The notes beneath the pieces were generated by a model. It was not told the origin of the DNA, searched no databases, and saw only the letters and a program-made list of their open reading frames with translations. 64,000 bases of DNA from Mobula hypostoma (lineage: Eukaryota), in the NCBI RefSeq assembly GCF_963921235.1, contig NC_086097.1:138572001-138636000 (forward strand), read 5' to 3'. Below are positions 25,071 to 36,446 of this stretch, piece by piece. A program made the position numbers and the translations under genes. Every line of letters begins with the position of its first letter. Position 1 is the stretch's first letter.

Positions 25071-27039
25071 TGGAGTCATCTTGGAGTTTTACTGGCAGCT
25101 TTGGACAGACATGGCCTGCGATACCAAACTGATTGTTATTTGTTATAGGTTGCCACTCTGACCATAAGTATGACTAAAATAGACATGAGAATGATGGACT
25201 GCGAGTAGTGGTTTATGAGTAGACACCAGATTTATTGTGGGCCTCATGAAAAGTAAGCTTTAACTTAAAAATACTGCCTGGCAGAGTTTTATCCAAGTGG
25301 AAAACGTGTTTTGTTTCCAAAGCTGACAGTCTTCCTTGACCCAGTATAATACTCAGCAATAAATCTGAGGCTGGGTGAGCAGATGAATGGAAATATGGCA
25401 TTCGACACTGCTGTATTGTGATGCCTCCATTTATAAATTCAGCAGGAGGTGGTATGGATCCAGCTGGAATTGTGGTGAGCTGGATACTCTATTCAGGGCC
25501 AAGAACTGCCCTCTAGCAGAAATCTGTCAGGTCCTTGGCAAAACCCAATGAACATATGGAATACAGACTAGGATATTTCACTTCTTTGGAGTTGTTCTAA
25601 GTGCGAAGAGAGTTTGTTGCTTGATTTCTTTTGCGTGGTATTTTGAGGTACATTCCTGAACAAAGGCTCAGAAGGAAGCACTGTCCTAGCCATTGAATAG
25701 GGAACAAATCGGATTAAATTAATTGGGACTTGTTTAGCATGAAGTACTAAAACTTTAAATGCCCTTGTTACCTAATGGACCGATACTGTTTTATTAGCTT
25801 AATAATTTGATGCATTTCTAAATCGTTGTCCTGCATTAATCCTGGTATATAATGGCACAGCAGTGTGTTTACTCTTTTTATGGGTGGTTAACAGAATTGC
25901 AATGTGCAAGCTGAGATACTACAATGATTATCTCAAAATTAGTTGCATGTAGTTCCATCTATTGAAACTCGTGGTCAAATTTATTGCTGGAATGTCACCC
26001 ATGAATCCTGAAACATGTGGTAGTATCACATTTAAAGTAAAGAGTGTTTCTGGTATGGGGGGATTGGGGGTCTCCTCCAACGCCATCTTTTGTAACCCAT
26101 CCTACATTGGCATTGAAAAGTGGATGGCAGTGATGTGTAATGTGAAGATGGTATATAAACAGCTACAGTCCATGTGGTGAAGCTATTCTAAATGGTCTGT
26201 CAAGTCCATGAATTTCTCTATTTATGATTGTATGAGACATTACAATGAAATTGCTTCTAAATCTGTAACATCATTTAATAATAATTTAAATAAATATATC
26301 CATTGCAGAAACTTAAATAAACCTGTAAAATATATAATGTGTTTTATCAACCCTGACTGTTGAAGGCATAAAAAATGCAATTTTTTTTGTAATTGTAATC
26401 ACTAACCTAGACTTGTAAATTGGACTTTGAATGGCATATCGAAGAAATAATAACCAAAAGTCAATATGATTAAAATTTAAGATGCTTAGAAATCTTAGGA
26501 GACTTTCAATGGCAATGCCAATCAGGGTACTGTGCTGATATTTTGTTTATACAATAAATAAATACGTAATCCATCGTGTAACTGAAATAATGGCTTCCTC
26601 ATAAAATTGTTCAATCATGTCTTTGTGGAGTTTTCTTGGGGCAGTCATTGCCTTCTTTTGGTGTCAGGGACATTGGGACATTTTTTTAAAGTTTTTTTTC
26701 TGAGTACAGTTACTTTTAACTGCTATATAAGAAAGGTTCATTTACAGTCACAGATAACTTCAGCATTGCTCTGTCTAGTTGATGATTTTGATGTATTATA
26801 CATCTGAAACAGCAAGCTACAAGCATAAGGATAATTTTGCAGTAGTTTTTATTTTATTTTAGACATCTAACCAGTAATGCCGTTCATTCCCCCAAATTAT
26901 TATGTCACATTCATTCCTCTTCGAACATTTTTAAACCTCCTTTGGTTTTCGGAGGCTGTCCTTAAGTTGGATTTTCTATGTGGCTAACTTATGTGTCCAG
27001 GATGTTTATGTAAATATGTTGCAGCTTTCGAAGAGGCTG

Positions 27040-27270
27040 TATTAGAACATTGAACAGTGCGGTAAAGGTCAGGTTACTCTAAGATCAATATAATCCTTCC
27101 CTCCTACATAGCCCTCCATTTTTCTATCATTCATGTGGCTTTCTAAGAGTTTCTTAGATAGCTGCTGCCTGGCCTGCTGAGTTTCTCCAGCATTTTGTGT
27201 GCTGAACTGGATTTCTAGCATTTGAAGAATATCTTTGTGTTTAAGAGTTTTAAATACCTCTAATATAGAA
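27040..27270. mobile_element. CR1 3' tail (- strand) interrupted by a Penelope terminal fragment (+ strand, about 27155-27242)
   Basis: gctgcctggcctgctgagtttctccagcattttgtgtg matches the Penelope termini. taagagttt occurs on both sides of the insert. Confidence 0.6.
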
Positions 27271-28829
27271 GATACAGTAGGTAAATTCCAGAGAATATTC
27301 CTGAGTATTATGGATAGAACTTTGAATTGAGACCTTCTTCAGATTCATAGGCCTCATAGTCCTATTTACATATTTATTTACCATGTAATATAGGAGTGGA
27401 GCAGCAAAATGTTTGCAGAAAAAGTTAAAAATTTAAAACTCTGTGGCCAAGTGGTGATCACGACAGCAATTATGAGTTCAGTTGAGTCGCTTTTGAAGTG
27501 GTATTGTGGCAATGAGGTGCGATGCATGAATAAGTTTCAATTGCCATGTCGCCAGAAGGATTCTTTATTCTTCCTCTTGTGTACCTGGTTAATCATCTTT
27601 CTCAAAAGAAGGTGTCCTTTTGCATTTGATCCATCTGGGCAACTGATAAACCATAATAAATGTTTTGAATTGGTTGGTAAACCTATAGAAATCAGTTCTC
27701 CATCAGGAGTTCAATAAAAGCATATATGTTAATATCTTGGAAGCATTCTAATTGACCACATTTTCTGTTTTGATTTTTAATTTCTTTGGGCTTCTGGCAT
27801 TGTTAATCAATTTTTCAGATTTACTTACTAACTCTGAAGTCAGTGTAGATTTCACCAGATTTTGACTATAAGGAAAAGCATATTTACTAAAAGCTTGGGA
27901 ATTGAAAAAGTAAGCAAAGATATTGCCTCACAGTACCTTGAGTAAATACCAAGTGAAAGGAGCTGAGCGTTATTTTAGGAGCTTTAGCAGTGTCTGAAAT
28001 TCCACTACTCCCAAATGCCAGCAAGGTTGGTTTATATGGTAACCTGAGCTTTTTATCCCAATAACCTCAGAGATAAAAAATGCTATATTGTAAACATAAA
28101 ACATAGATAATCTGCCTGTTAGCTGGCCTTCAAAGAGAGAAAAGTAGCTGACATTTCACGTGTGTGCCCCTTCATTTAGCCCACTCTTTATTTCTCGTCC
28201 TGCCAGAAAATGCTTTTTCAGATTCTCGCCAAACAGGACTTATCAGCAATTGGTATTAATTGCAAGTTACCTGTAGATGAAGGCTGTGGATATAATTTAG
28301 AATCCCCTGCTTTTATCTTCTAATAAATAAAATAGTGGATTGGCATTGGGGTGGGGGGAAGAAACAGTGATCTCTCTGGAGAAATTTTAGGAGTGTATTA
28401 GGTGTCTTGCATTGTCATGGCCAAATAGCTATTACCCATTTTAACCAAAAGCTGCCTTCTCAGTACATCTGTAATTGTCTTGCTGAATTTACTGATTTCA
28501 TCATATTCAGAAGCTGACCAGAATCAAGGTGCCTCATTGCAGTATCTAAACATTCCAGGAATTTCCTGCTATTGTCCACACATCTCATTCTGAACAGAAA
28601 TCCAATTTTGCAGGGACGGGGGGCCATGCCTATGGGAGAAGGGGGTCTTTTCTAAATGGTTTAACAATTGGACATTTTTTGTTTAGGCAGAAGTCAATCT
28701 GTTCAAGATTAATTGTCTTTTAATCAATCCTTAAATGGAGATAACTTTAACGTGCAGTACTAAATGGATGGGAAGTTGGCCTTCCTCTTGCATTTTGTAT
28801 ACGCCAAGATAGTGAATGTTGCTGACATC

Positions 28830-29370
28830 CAACAAGAATATAAGAACTAGGAGCAGAGGTTGAATGTAGGTTCCTGCCAGTCTGTTCCATGAAGTTCATG
28901 GTTTATCCAGTAATGAATTTAATTTTCCTGTCTGTTGGTCCACAGCCTGTAACTCCTCTTTAGTTCCCAATCGTTTCTATCAGCCTTGAATGTGTTCCAC
29001 AGCTCCCTGGGGTAGAGATTCTGAACATTCATAACTCTGAGTGACAACATTAATCTCAGTTTTGGAGTTAACCTTATTCTGAAAATGTGTTCCCTTATTC
29101 TATTTCCTCTCTTGAGGGTGGGGTGGAGTAGCTTGTCAGCTTTTACGTGCCTTTTGGAATCCTTGTTTCAATTACTTCTCATTTTACTGAATTCTAAAGA
29201 ATATCAACCCAATCTGCTCAACTGTTCCTCATAAAGCAAGCATTCCCCAAGAATCAATTTAAAGAGTCTTTTCTAAACAATTGGACTGTAAATTGCAGTA
29301 AGGAAGCCAAACTAGTGCAGGTGTGGTCTCACAATTGCTTTGTGCAGATGCAGCAAGGTGTTTGTACTTT
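28830..29370 (-). mobile_element. Ancient CR1 3' fragment
   Basis: Starts aagaatataagaactaggagcag (reverse CR1 tail), with weak colinear similarity to other minus-strand CR1 ends. Confidence 0.45.
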
Positions 29371-29394
29371 CATACTCCCTTCTCTCTGTAATGT

Positions 29395-30215
29395 TCTGGC
29401 AAGATGGCGCTGGTGATCAATGGGGAGTCATCCTGCAAACAGCTCTCGACACTACTGAATACTCTTCTTCTTTTAAATATACTTCTCTTGAGCTGTGATT
29501 GATTGCAACCTTTAAATTCCATTTTAATGTATTTTTGAACCAACTAAATGATCTGACACTTCTGCAATCACTTGGGGGCTTTGGGAAGGTTGAGAATGGA
29601 GTGTGCAGTGTGGCCATCCATCCCTAATGGCGCAGTACGAACCCGTAGTCGGCTCCATTACTCTGCACCGATTAAACTGTCGGGTGAGATTAAAATTAAT
29701 GAGGTCAAGAGTGGAAAACGAATGAGTGTTCAGCAGCATCTACCTACATTCAAGTTGTCTCCCTCTCGGTGTAGCTAGTGGAAGGTGCAGGGGTCTAGGG
29801 TCCCATATTGCAAGGTACAATCGCCTAGGTGGCTTATGGCTGTGGATTTGCTTTTGGGGACTCAAGTGCCATGTATTCTCATTTACTCTTTTTTTTTACT
29901 ACTTGTGTGATCTGATTGAGGCGCCTTAGTGCGGAACTGGCTTTGCGCGCTTTGGCCTGCTGCCATCGACAGAGTGCTGAGCTGACTAGATCATCAGCTC
30001 CTGGACCATTTTAGGATCTCTGCGGTTTTATGTTTACTGTTCTCTGTGTTATATGCTTACTTTTTGCTGTTTGTGTTTATTTTCTCTCATGCATTGGGTC
30101 TTTAATGGTCTTAATGTATGATTTTTCTCTGAAATGGTTCTATGGTGTTTTTTGTTTCACAGCTATCTGTGGAAAGACAAATCTCAGGGTTGTATACTGT
30201 ACTTTGAAACTTTAA
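29395..30215 (+). mobile_element. Non-autonomous Rex1/Babar-related retroelement (LINE-like 5' end and 3' tail, no RT)
   Basis: Starts at aagatggcg. Ends with gacaaatctcagggttgtata...actttgaaactt, similar to the tail at about 4830-4890. No RT peptide recognised between them. Confidence 0.5.
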
Positions 30216-32745
30216 TAAAGCCAATCTTCCTTGTGCTTTCCTAATTATTACTGTAGCCTTATACCGAATTTGTATTTCTTCTATGATCTCAGGTGGATTC
30301 CTCTGAGCAGGAGTATTCTGTAGTCTCTCTTCAACAAGCAATATCCTGTTGTTTTAGAGGCCAACCTTTCTTTTTCTTTTTTATATTCCATTTTTGCTTG
30401 CCTATCTGAACATATCTATCTATGGTTCCGTTCTTGTTGTTGTCCTCAGCTGACTCAGGTAGATTTACATTACCACCATCCTGAAGCGGGAAGTAGTTGC
30501 TGCTTAATATGTGTACTGGGAATCCACCCCATTAAGGAACTGCCATCAAATCCAGTGAACTCTCCCAGTTTGAATGCTCAGAGTATTGGATCAACATTCT
30601 GGAAAGTGACTTCTGCTGCTTCATTACCAAGGCCTGATCATTCTTGCCACTCAAATATTGATGTCCAACCTGGCAGGTGCATGCTTATTCCCCACTGAGT
30701 CTAATGTGGAATGCGAAAGAAACATTTGAAATGTAGTTTGAAAAATAGCAATGGAATTACCCCAGTGTTTCAGAACTGGGAAGAGATGTAGCACTTGATG
30801 ATGAAACAGGGTGATTTTTGTATTGATGATGAGAATGTGATGGGGGGATGAAAATTAAGTGAAGATCAATCCATAATCTCTCCCCATGCCTATATTACTT
30901 ACAAAAGGTGATATTTTGAAAGCTATTACTCTCTTCTAGCCCTTAGAACACCAAGGTCTTGAATATCCAGCAGTAAATTCAAGGGAACATCAATTTATAG
31001 AAGGTGCAGGTTGAATTATTAAAGTGCTGCAGTGGTAATTGAGATAACTCAAATTGGTTTGGTATTCAAAAGCAGTGGAATAGTTCTAATAAATGTAAAG
31101 GTTGAGCATTTTATGCCATGATTAAGTCAAGTTAAATTATATTACTTTATATTAGTGCCTTCTAAAATGTACCCAGCCAAATATTTTCTCAATTTAATGT
31201 ATACAGGCTGCCCTCTTGGCATGCTGTAGTATCATCTGCTGAAAATATGAATATAATAGTTCACTTCTTTTACTCCATGAATAACATTTTGGAATCTCAG
31301 GTACATGGACAATGACGAACAGCTGTGAGACAGCCATAATTGAATATGATAATTTGGTAGATAATGGGCTTGGAAATGAACAGAAATGATTTAAGTCTTA
31401 AAATTAGCACTATGCATTTATTTTATGCATTTTATTTTATTTGAGAACTGCGTTGAGTTTTCAGTTAAATTATTATTATTGTACTGCAGTGGTCTGGAAT
31501 GTCATCCTAGAGATGTGTATGCCCTTTAGTTTGGGAATTGGTCTATTACCATCTGCTGAGAGCATTCTTCGTATGCCTAATTTGATATCGGTCTTTTATG
31601 TTGTGATTAGCAACCAGCTAATGGCCTAGTTTTCTGTATTTCTGAAATTCTCAAACTGTTTGTTGGAGTTTTGCAACAGAATATGACTGAATGTAACCTA
31701 TATCATTGCTCTTCTCAAGGTAGTATAGAGGGAGTTTGGTCTGAGAATTTATTGTATTTACATATGGTTAGCTTCAATAATTACAAATGCTCTAGTGACT
31801 CAAGTAGTTCATGAATAGAGTTTGCAGAAAATGATTTTTTTTAAAAGCTTGCCAACATTTGCAATACTTTGATATTGTTTTATGGTTGAAATGCTTTCCA
31901 GTGCTTTTTCCACGTAGCCACCTTCATGAATTGGTGTCCCAGATTTTTTAATTCAAATACGGCATCAGTCTAGATGCACTCTTGGATGAGATATAAGCCA
32001 AGACCACTCTTCCCTTTTGGATGAATATTATAATATCCATGACACCATATCAAAGAAGGACAGAGGAATTATTTATAATAGCTTGTTGATTGATGGATGA
32101 ATGTTTATCAATCAGTATAGCATATTATTTCATCATCAGCAAATTAGTTTTTGTAAAAACTTATACATTAACGGCTGCTGTAGATCCTGTGTTTGAAATT
32201 AAATGTAAATGCTCGTTGTTTCTGGATGTTGAAAACTGAGCAAGCTTACTTGAGTGCTGCAGATTTTTAATTTAAGAATGCTACTATAAAGGTAATCTTG
32301 AATATAAATCAGTCTTTTGTAGCTGTTATCTGAGTGGAATCAAGATCACCTACAATAACTTAGCTAATAAAGCTTAATTTGTGAAACCTTAATTCCTATT
32401 GGATACCACTCAGTTGTCTATAATGAGTTCCTGAACCTGGTGGTGTGGACCACAGGCTCCTGAACAATCTCCGCGCAGCAGTGGGAAGAGAGCATGGCCT
32501 TGGATGGTGGGGTCTTTGATGATGGATGCTGATTTCTTGTGGTAGTGCTCCTTGTAAATGTGCTCAATGGTGGAAAGGGCTTTACCTGTGATATATTGAG
32601 TTGTTTCCACCATTTTTTGTTGATTTTTCCATTCAAGGGAAGTGATGTTCCATACCAGGCCGCAATGCAACCAATCTGTCAGTTCTTCACTGTGTATCTA
32701 GAACTTTGTCAGAGTTTTAGATGACGAACCAAATCTATGCAAACT

Positions 32746-34460
32746 TCTTTTTTCTTTTTCAATATTTTTATTGACTTCTTACATAAAAGAATAGAGTACA
32801 GTAGGATATATAATACATATCGATTACAATATATTGGAATCACAAATATAGTCTCATTACCCCATATCTGTATACATTAAATTTAAATATAATATTGAAA
32901 AGAGGTAATTTTGTTATACAAAAAAGATCTAAACCCACTACCAGAAAAAAAACAGCTGTTTGGTTAAAAAAAAGAAAAAGAAAAAATCCATATCATATAA
33001 TAAAACATATTGTTAGCCAACATCTGTGCTTAATAGCATATCAAAGATTTTGAAAATAATTCAGAAAAGGTCCCCACAATGTTAAAAAATCATATCTAGG
33101 TTCAGAAATTGAACAACGAACCTTCTCTAAATTTAAGCATGACATAACATCGTGTAACCAATGAGTATGAGTAGGCGGAGTGGCATCCTTCCACTTAAGC
33201 AACAATGCCCTCCTGACTATGAGAGAAATAAAGGCCAAAATATGCAAACCATGTGACTCCAAATAATATAATTTCCTCCAACAATACCAAATAAGGCAGT
33301 CAAAGGATTAGGTTTAAAATTTACTTTAAAAAGCACTGAAAAAGTTTGGAATACTTACTTCCAATATTTTTCAAGACTCAGACAAGTCCAAAACATACGA
33401 ATTAGTGAAGCTTCTCCATTGTTACATCTATCACAATAAGGAGATATATCCGAATAAAAATGAGACAGCTTATCTTTAGTCATGTGGGCCCTTTGAACCA
33501 CTTTAAATTGAAGAAGGGAATGACAGGCACATAACGATGAGGTAATAACCAATTTTAAAAATTCATTCCAAGGATCCTCAGAAATTGGAATCTGCAAATC
33601 TTGTTCCCAGAGATTTTTAATTTTGTCGAAAGGAATATTTCTCATTCCCAAAAACATAACATAAATATTAGATATAGATCCATGATGGAAGGGTTTCAAA
33701 TTAAAAATTGTATCAAGTAAATTCTTATCTGGACTTATAGGAAATGTATGTACTTGAGAACACAAAAAGTCTCTTAATTTGTAAAGATTGAAAAAAGTGG
33801 GTTTTGGGTAAGCTATACTACCCAAAACCCACTTTTTTCAATCTTTACAGTTGTTCAAATGAAGAGAGACTATCTCCAACAAGCAAATCCTGGAAACATT
33901 TAATACCCAATCTATTCCACTCTTTAAAAACTACATCAGTCATAGAAGGTTTAAGAAAATAGTTAGAAAAAATGAGACTTGAAAGTGAAAAACTCAATAA
34001 ACCAAAATATTTTCTAAATTGTACCCAAATCCTCAAGGTGTGTTTAACTACAAAATTATCAGTTAAATTACTTCAAGATAAAGGAATTGAGGATCCGAGA
34101 AGAGAAATGATAGAAAATTTATTAACAGAATTAGCTTCTAAAGAAACCCAAACGGAACAGTCCTCTTGATTAATATAATATAACCAAAACGTAAGATTCC
34201 GTATATTGACTGTGCAGTAATAAAACCTAAAATTGGGTAAGGCTAAACCTCCACTCTTTTTAGCTTTTTGAAGATGAACTTTATTTAATTGAGAAATTTT
34301 ATTTTTCCATATATAAGAAGATATAATAGAATCCAGAGAATCAAAAAAGGATTTAGGAATAAAAACAGGTACGGCCTGAAATAAATATAAAAATTTAGGT
34401 AAAATATTCATTTTTCTAGAATTAATCTGGCCAATCAACGATGCAAACTTCCAAGAAAGT
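32746..34460 (-). mobile_element. 5'-truncated L1-clade LINE
   Basis: KMNILPKFLYLFQ...GGLALPNFRFYY, CDRC...MFWTC and LNLEKVR...WGPF (ORFs 34073..34492, 33355..33825, 33041..33262). T-rich reverse tail at about 32746-32770. Confidence 0.92.
33780..33849. repeat. Perfect 31-bp inverted repeat with 8-nt spacer
   Basis: TGTAAAGATTGAAAAAAGTGGGTTTTGGGTA (33780-33810), spacer agctatac, TACCCAAAACCCACTTTTTTCAATCTTTACA (33819-33849). Confidence 0.97.
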
Positions 34461-36174
34461 AGGGGCACGGTCATGCCGCTTTTGTGTGGCACTTATGTGC
34501 CGGTCCCCGGTCCCAGGATGAATCCTCTGATCTCCCTCCTATATGTAATTCGTTACCACCTTTGATTTGGCCAACGACCATGCTGTCATCAACAAACTTA
34601 AATATGGCATTGGAGTTGCACTTAGCCACATAGTCATAAGTATAAAGTGAGTAGAGCAGGAATCTAAACATACATCTTCATTATGCACTTGTGCTGTGAT
34701 GGTTGTGGAGGAGATGTTGGGAGGTTTTGATTTTTCCAGAATGAGACAAGTATTTTGAATGCAAAGCAGCCACTTAGACTCAAATTTAAAATGTTCTCAT
34801 TTAATCCATATTTAAGTATATGGAGATGTATCTTCATTTACTTAGTATGTTTTAAAATACTATGACATACAATATCCTTTGGGCAAGGATGAAAGCACCG
34901 AAGTTTTGTCTTCAAAATTATATATTGGATCCTGATTTTGTGATTGTTCATAAATTACTCTGCCTTTCTTTCTGATGTAAACTTCTTTTGCCATTCCCAG
35001 AATTTAGAACAGTGAAGTTATATTCACAGTCCAATTGACCTTAAAAGAAAGTATGCCACTTTGTTATTTTACAATATCTTGTCTAATTCTCGGCGTTAAG
35101 GTGTTTTGTTGGTTGTCCCCAGTGAAGGATCTTGATTATTTCTCAGTTTAAGATTTCTTTACAGAACAATTTGAGGAGAGGTCTCGGGAAGAGTAGACAT
35201 TGGGTAATTTGAGGTTTATAAAATAATGACTGATGAATGAATAATGGGTCACATCCATCATGATTGACAAATTAATTTTTGATGGAAGGTGCTCTTGCAG
35301 ATTGCTTGGGGAATGGAAATTATAGCACTAGAGAAGAGTGATAGCTCTTCAGAAATGAGGAACAAATTTGTGTAGGCTCAAGAACAGGGCGAAAACTAGA
35401 TCTGGATAGGTACTCGAAGAGGGAAATAAGATGCAAGGCTGTGGGGTGGAGTGAAGGGAGGAGTTGATATACTGAATGATCTGTTTTGTATTCTTTCTGT
35501 GATTTTGTGAAACACCAGCCAGTCTTCTGTCAAATCCTGTAGGATTGTTTTTTAGAAGAGGTAGTTTGACAAGATGTCAACATATCTATGTAGTTCTCTC
35601 AAACTTCAGAATGCAATAAAAAACAAAATTGCACTGAAATATGTAATTATGCATTTAGTTGAGTTTAGGCATATCAGTGAAATATTAGGCATATCAAGTG
35701 ATTCAGTTTGTAATCTCCCTAAAAATAAATCTGATTTAACTTTCCACAGCATCTTTCTGAACATTAAAACTTCTAAATTGCTTCATGGTTATTGAAGTAA
35801 TGTTGAAATATGGCCCCTTCTCACTTTTCAGCTCCAATTATGCTGGTGTTTCTGGTCTTCGTGTGACAAATGTATAAAGGTTGCATTAACATATCAAGAG
35901 GAAGTAGAGCCCTGGCTTGGTATAGGAACGTGTGGAAAGAACATTTGCTGCTTTTAAATGTTGTTTTCTTGTGAAAGGAATCTGTAGTGCTTTTTTAATG
36001 CATATTTTGCACAGTGTTAGCTTGAATGTTCAGACTGACCATGTCTTTACCTTACAATTAAGAAAAGCGGATGTTTTAAGAGTCAAACCAGCTTTGATGG
36101 TGAACGTTCAAATTTTAGCTTTAGACCTGGTTTCACTTTTCTGAGATCCTGCTCAATCATTAATGATTTTGATC

Positions 36175-36420
36175 AAAGTTCGAAGTACATTTATTATCAA
36201 AATACGTATACTCTATACAAATTTGACTCGTCTCCTTACAGTCAGCCACAAAACAAAGAAACCCAATAAAACCCATTAATAAAAGAAGCCCGTCAAACAC
36301 CCAGTGTGCAGGAAAAAATAAAAACAATAAAAGTAAGCAAATAACATTCAGAACTAAAATTCGCAAAAGTAGGTCCCTAACAATGAAGCCAGTCATCACT
36401 ACAGCTGATCCAGGAACCCA
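36175..36420 (-). mobile_element. Rex1/Babar-type 3' tail fragment
   Basis: aaagttcgaagtacatttattatcaaa is the reverse of the tgataataaatgtacttcgaac tail. Confidence 0.6.
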
Positions 36421-36446
36421 TTAGTTAGAGGCTACAGCCTCAGTTA

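Larger units (their letters stand above)
32410..34720 (-). mobile_element. Rex1/Babar LINE fragments (32410-32745 and about 34515-34720) split by an L1 insertion
   Basis: LLYSLYTYDYVAKCNSNAIFKFVDD (ORF 34471..34671) and C-terminal IEHIYKEHYHKKSASIIKDP (ORF 32410..32670). Confidence 0.75.

Noticed and set aside
27409..27717. 102-aa ORF in non-repeat sequence
   Set aside because: No recognisable domain or convincing exon signals, and the length is compatible with chance.
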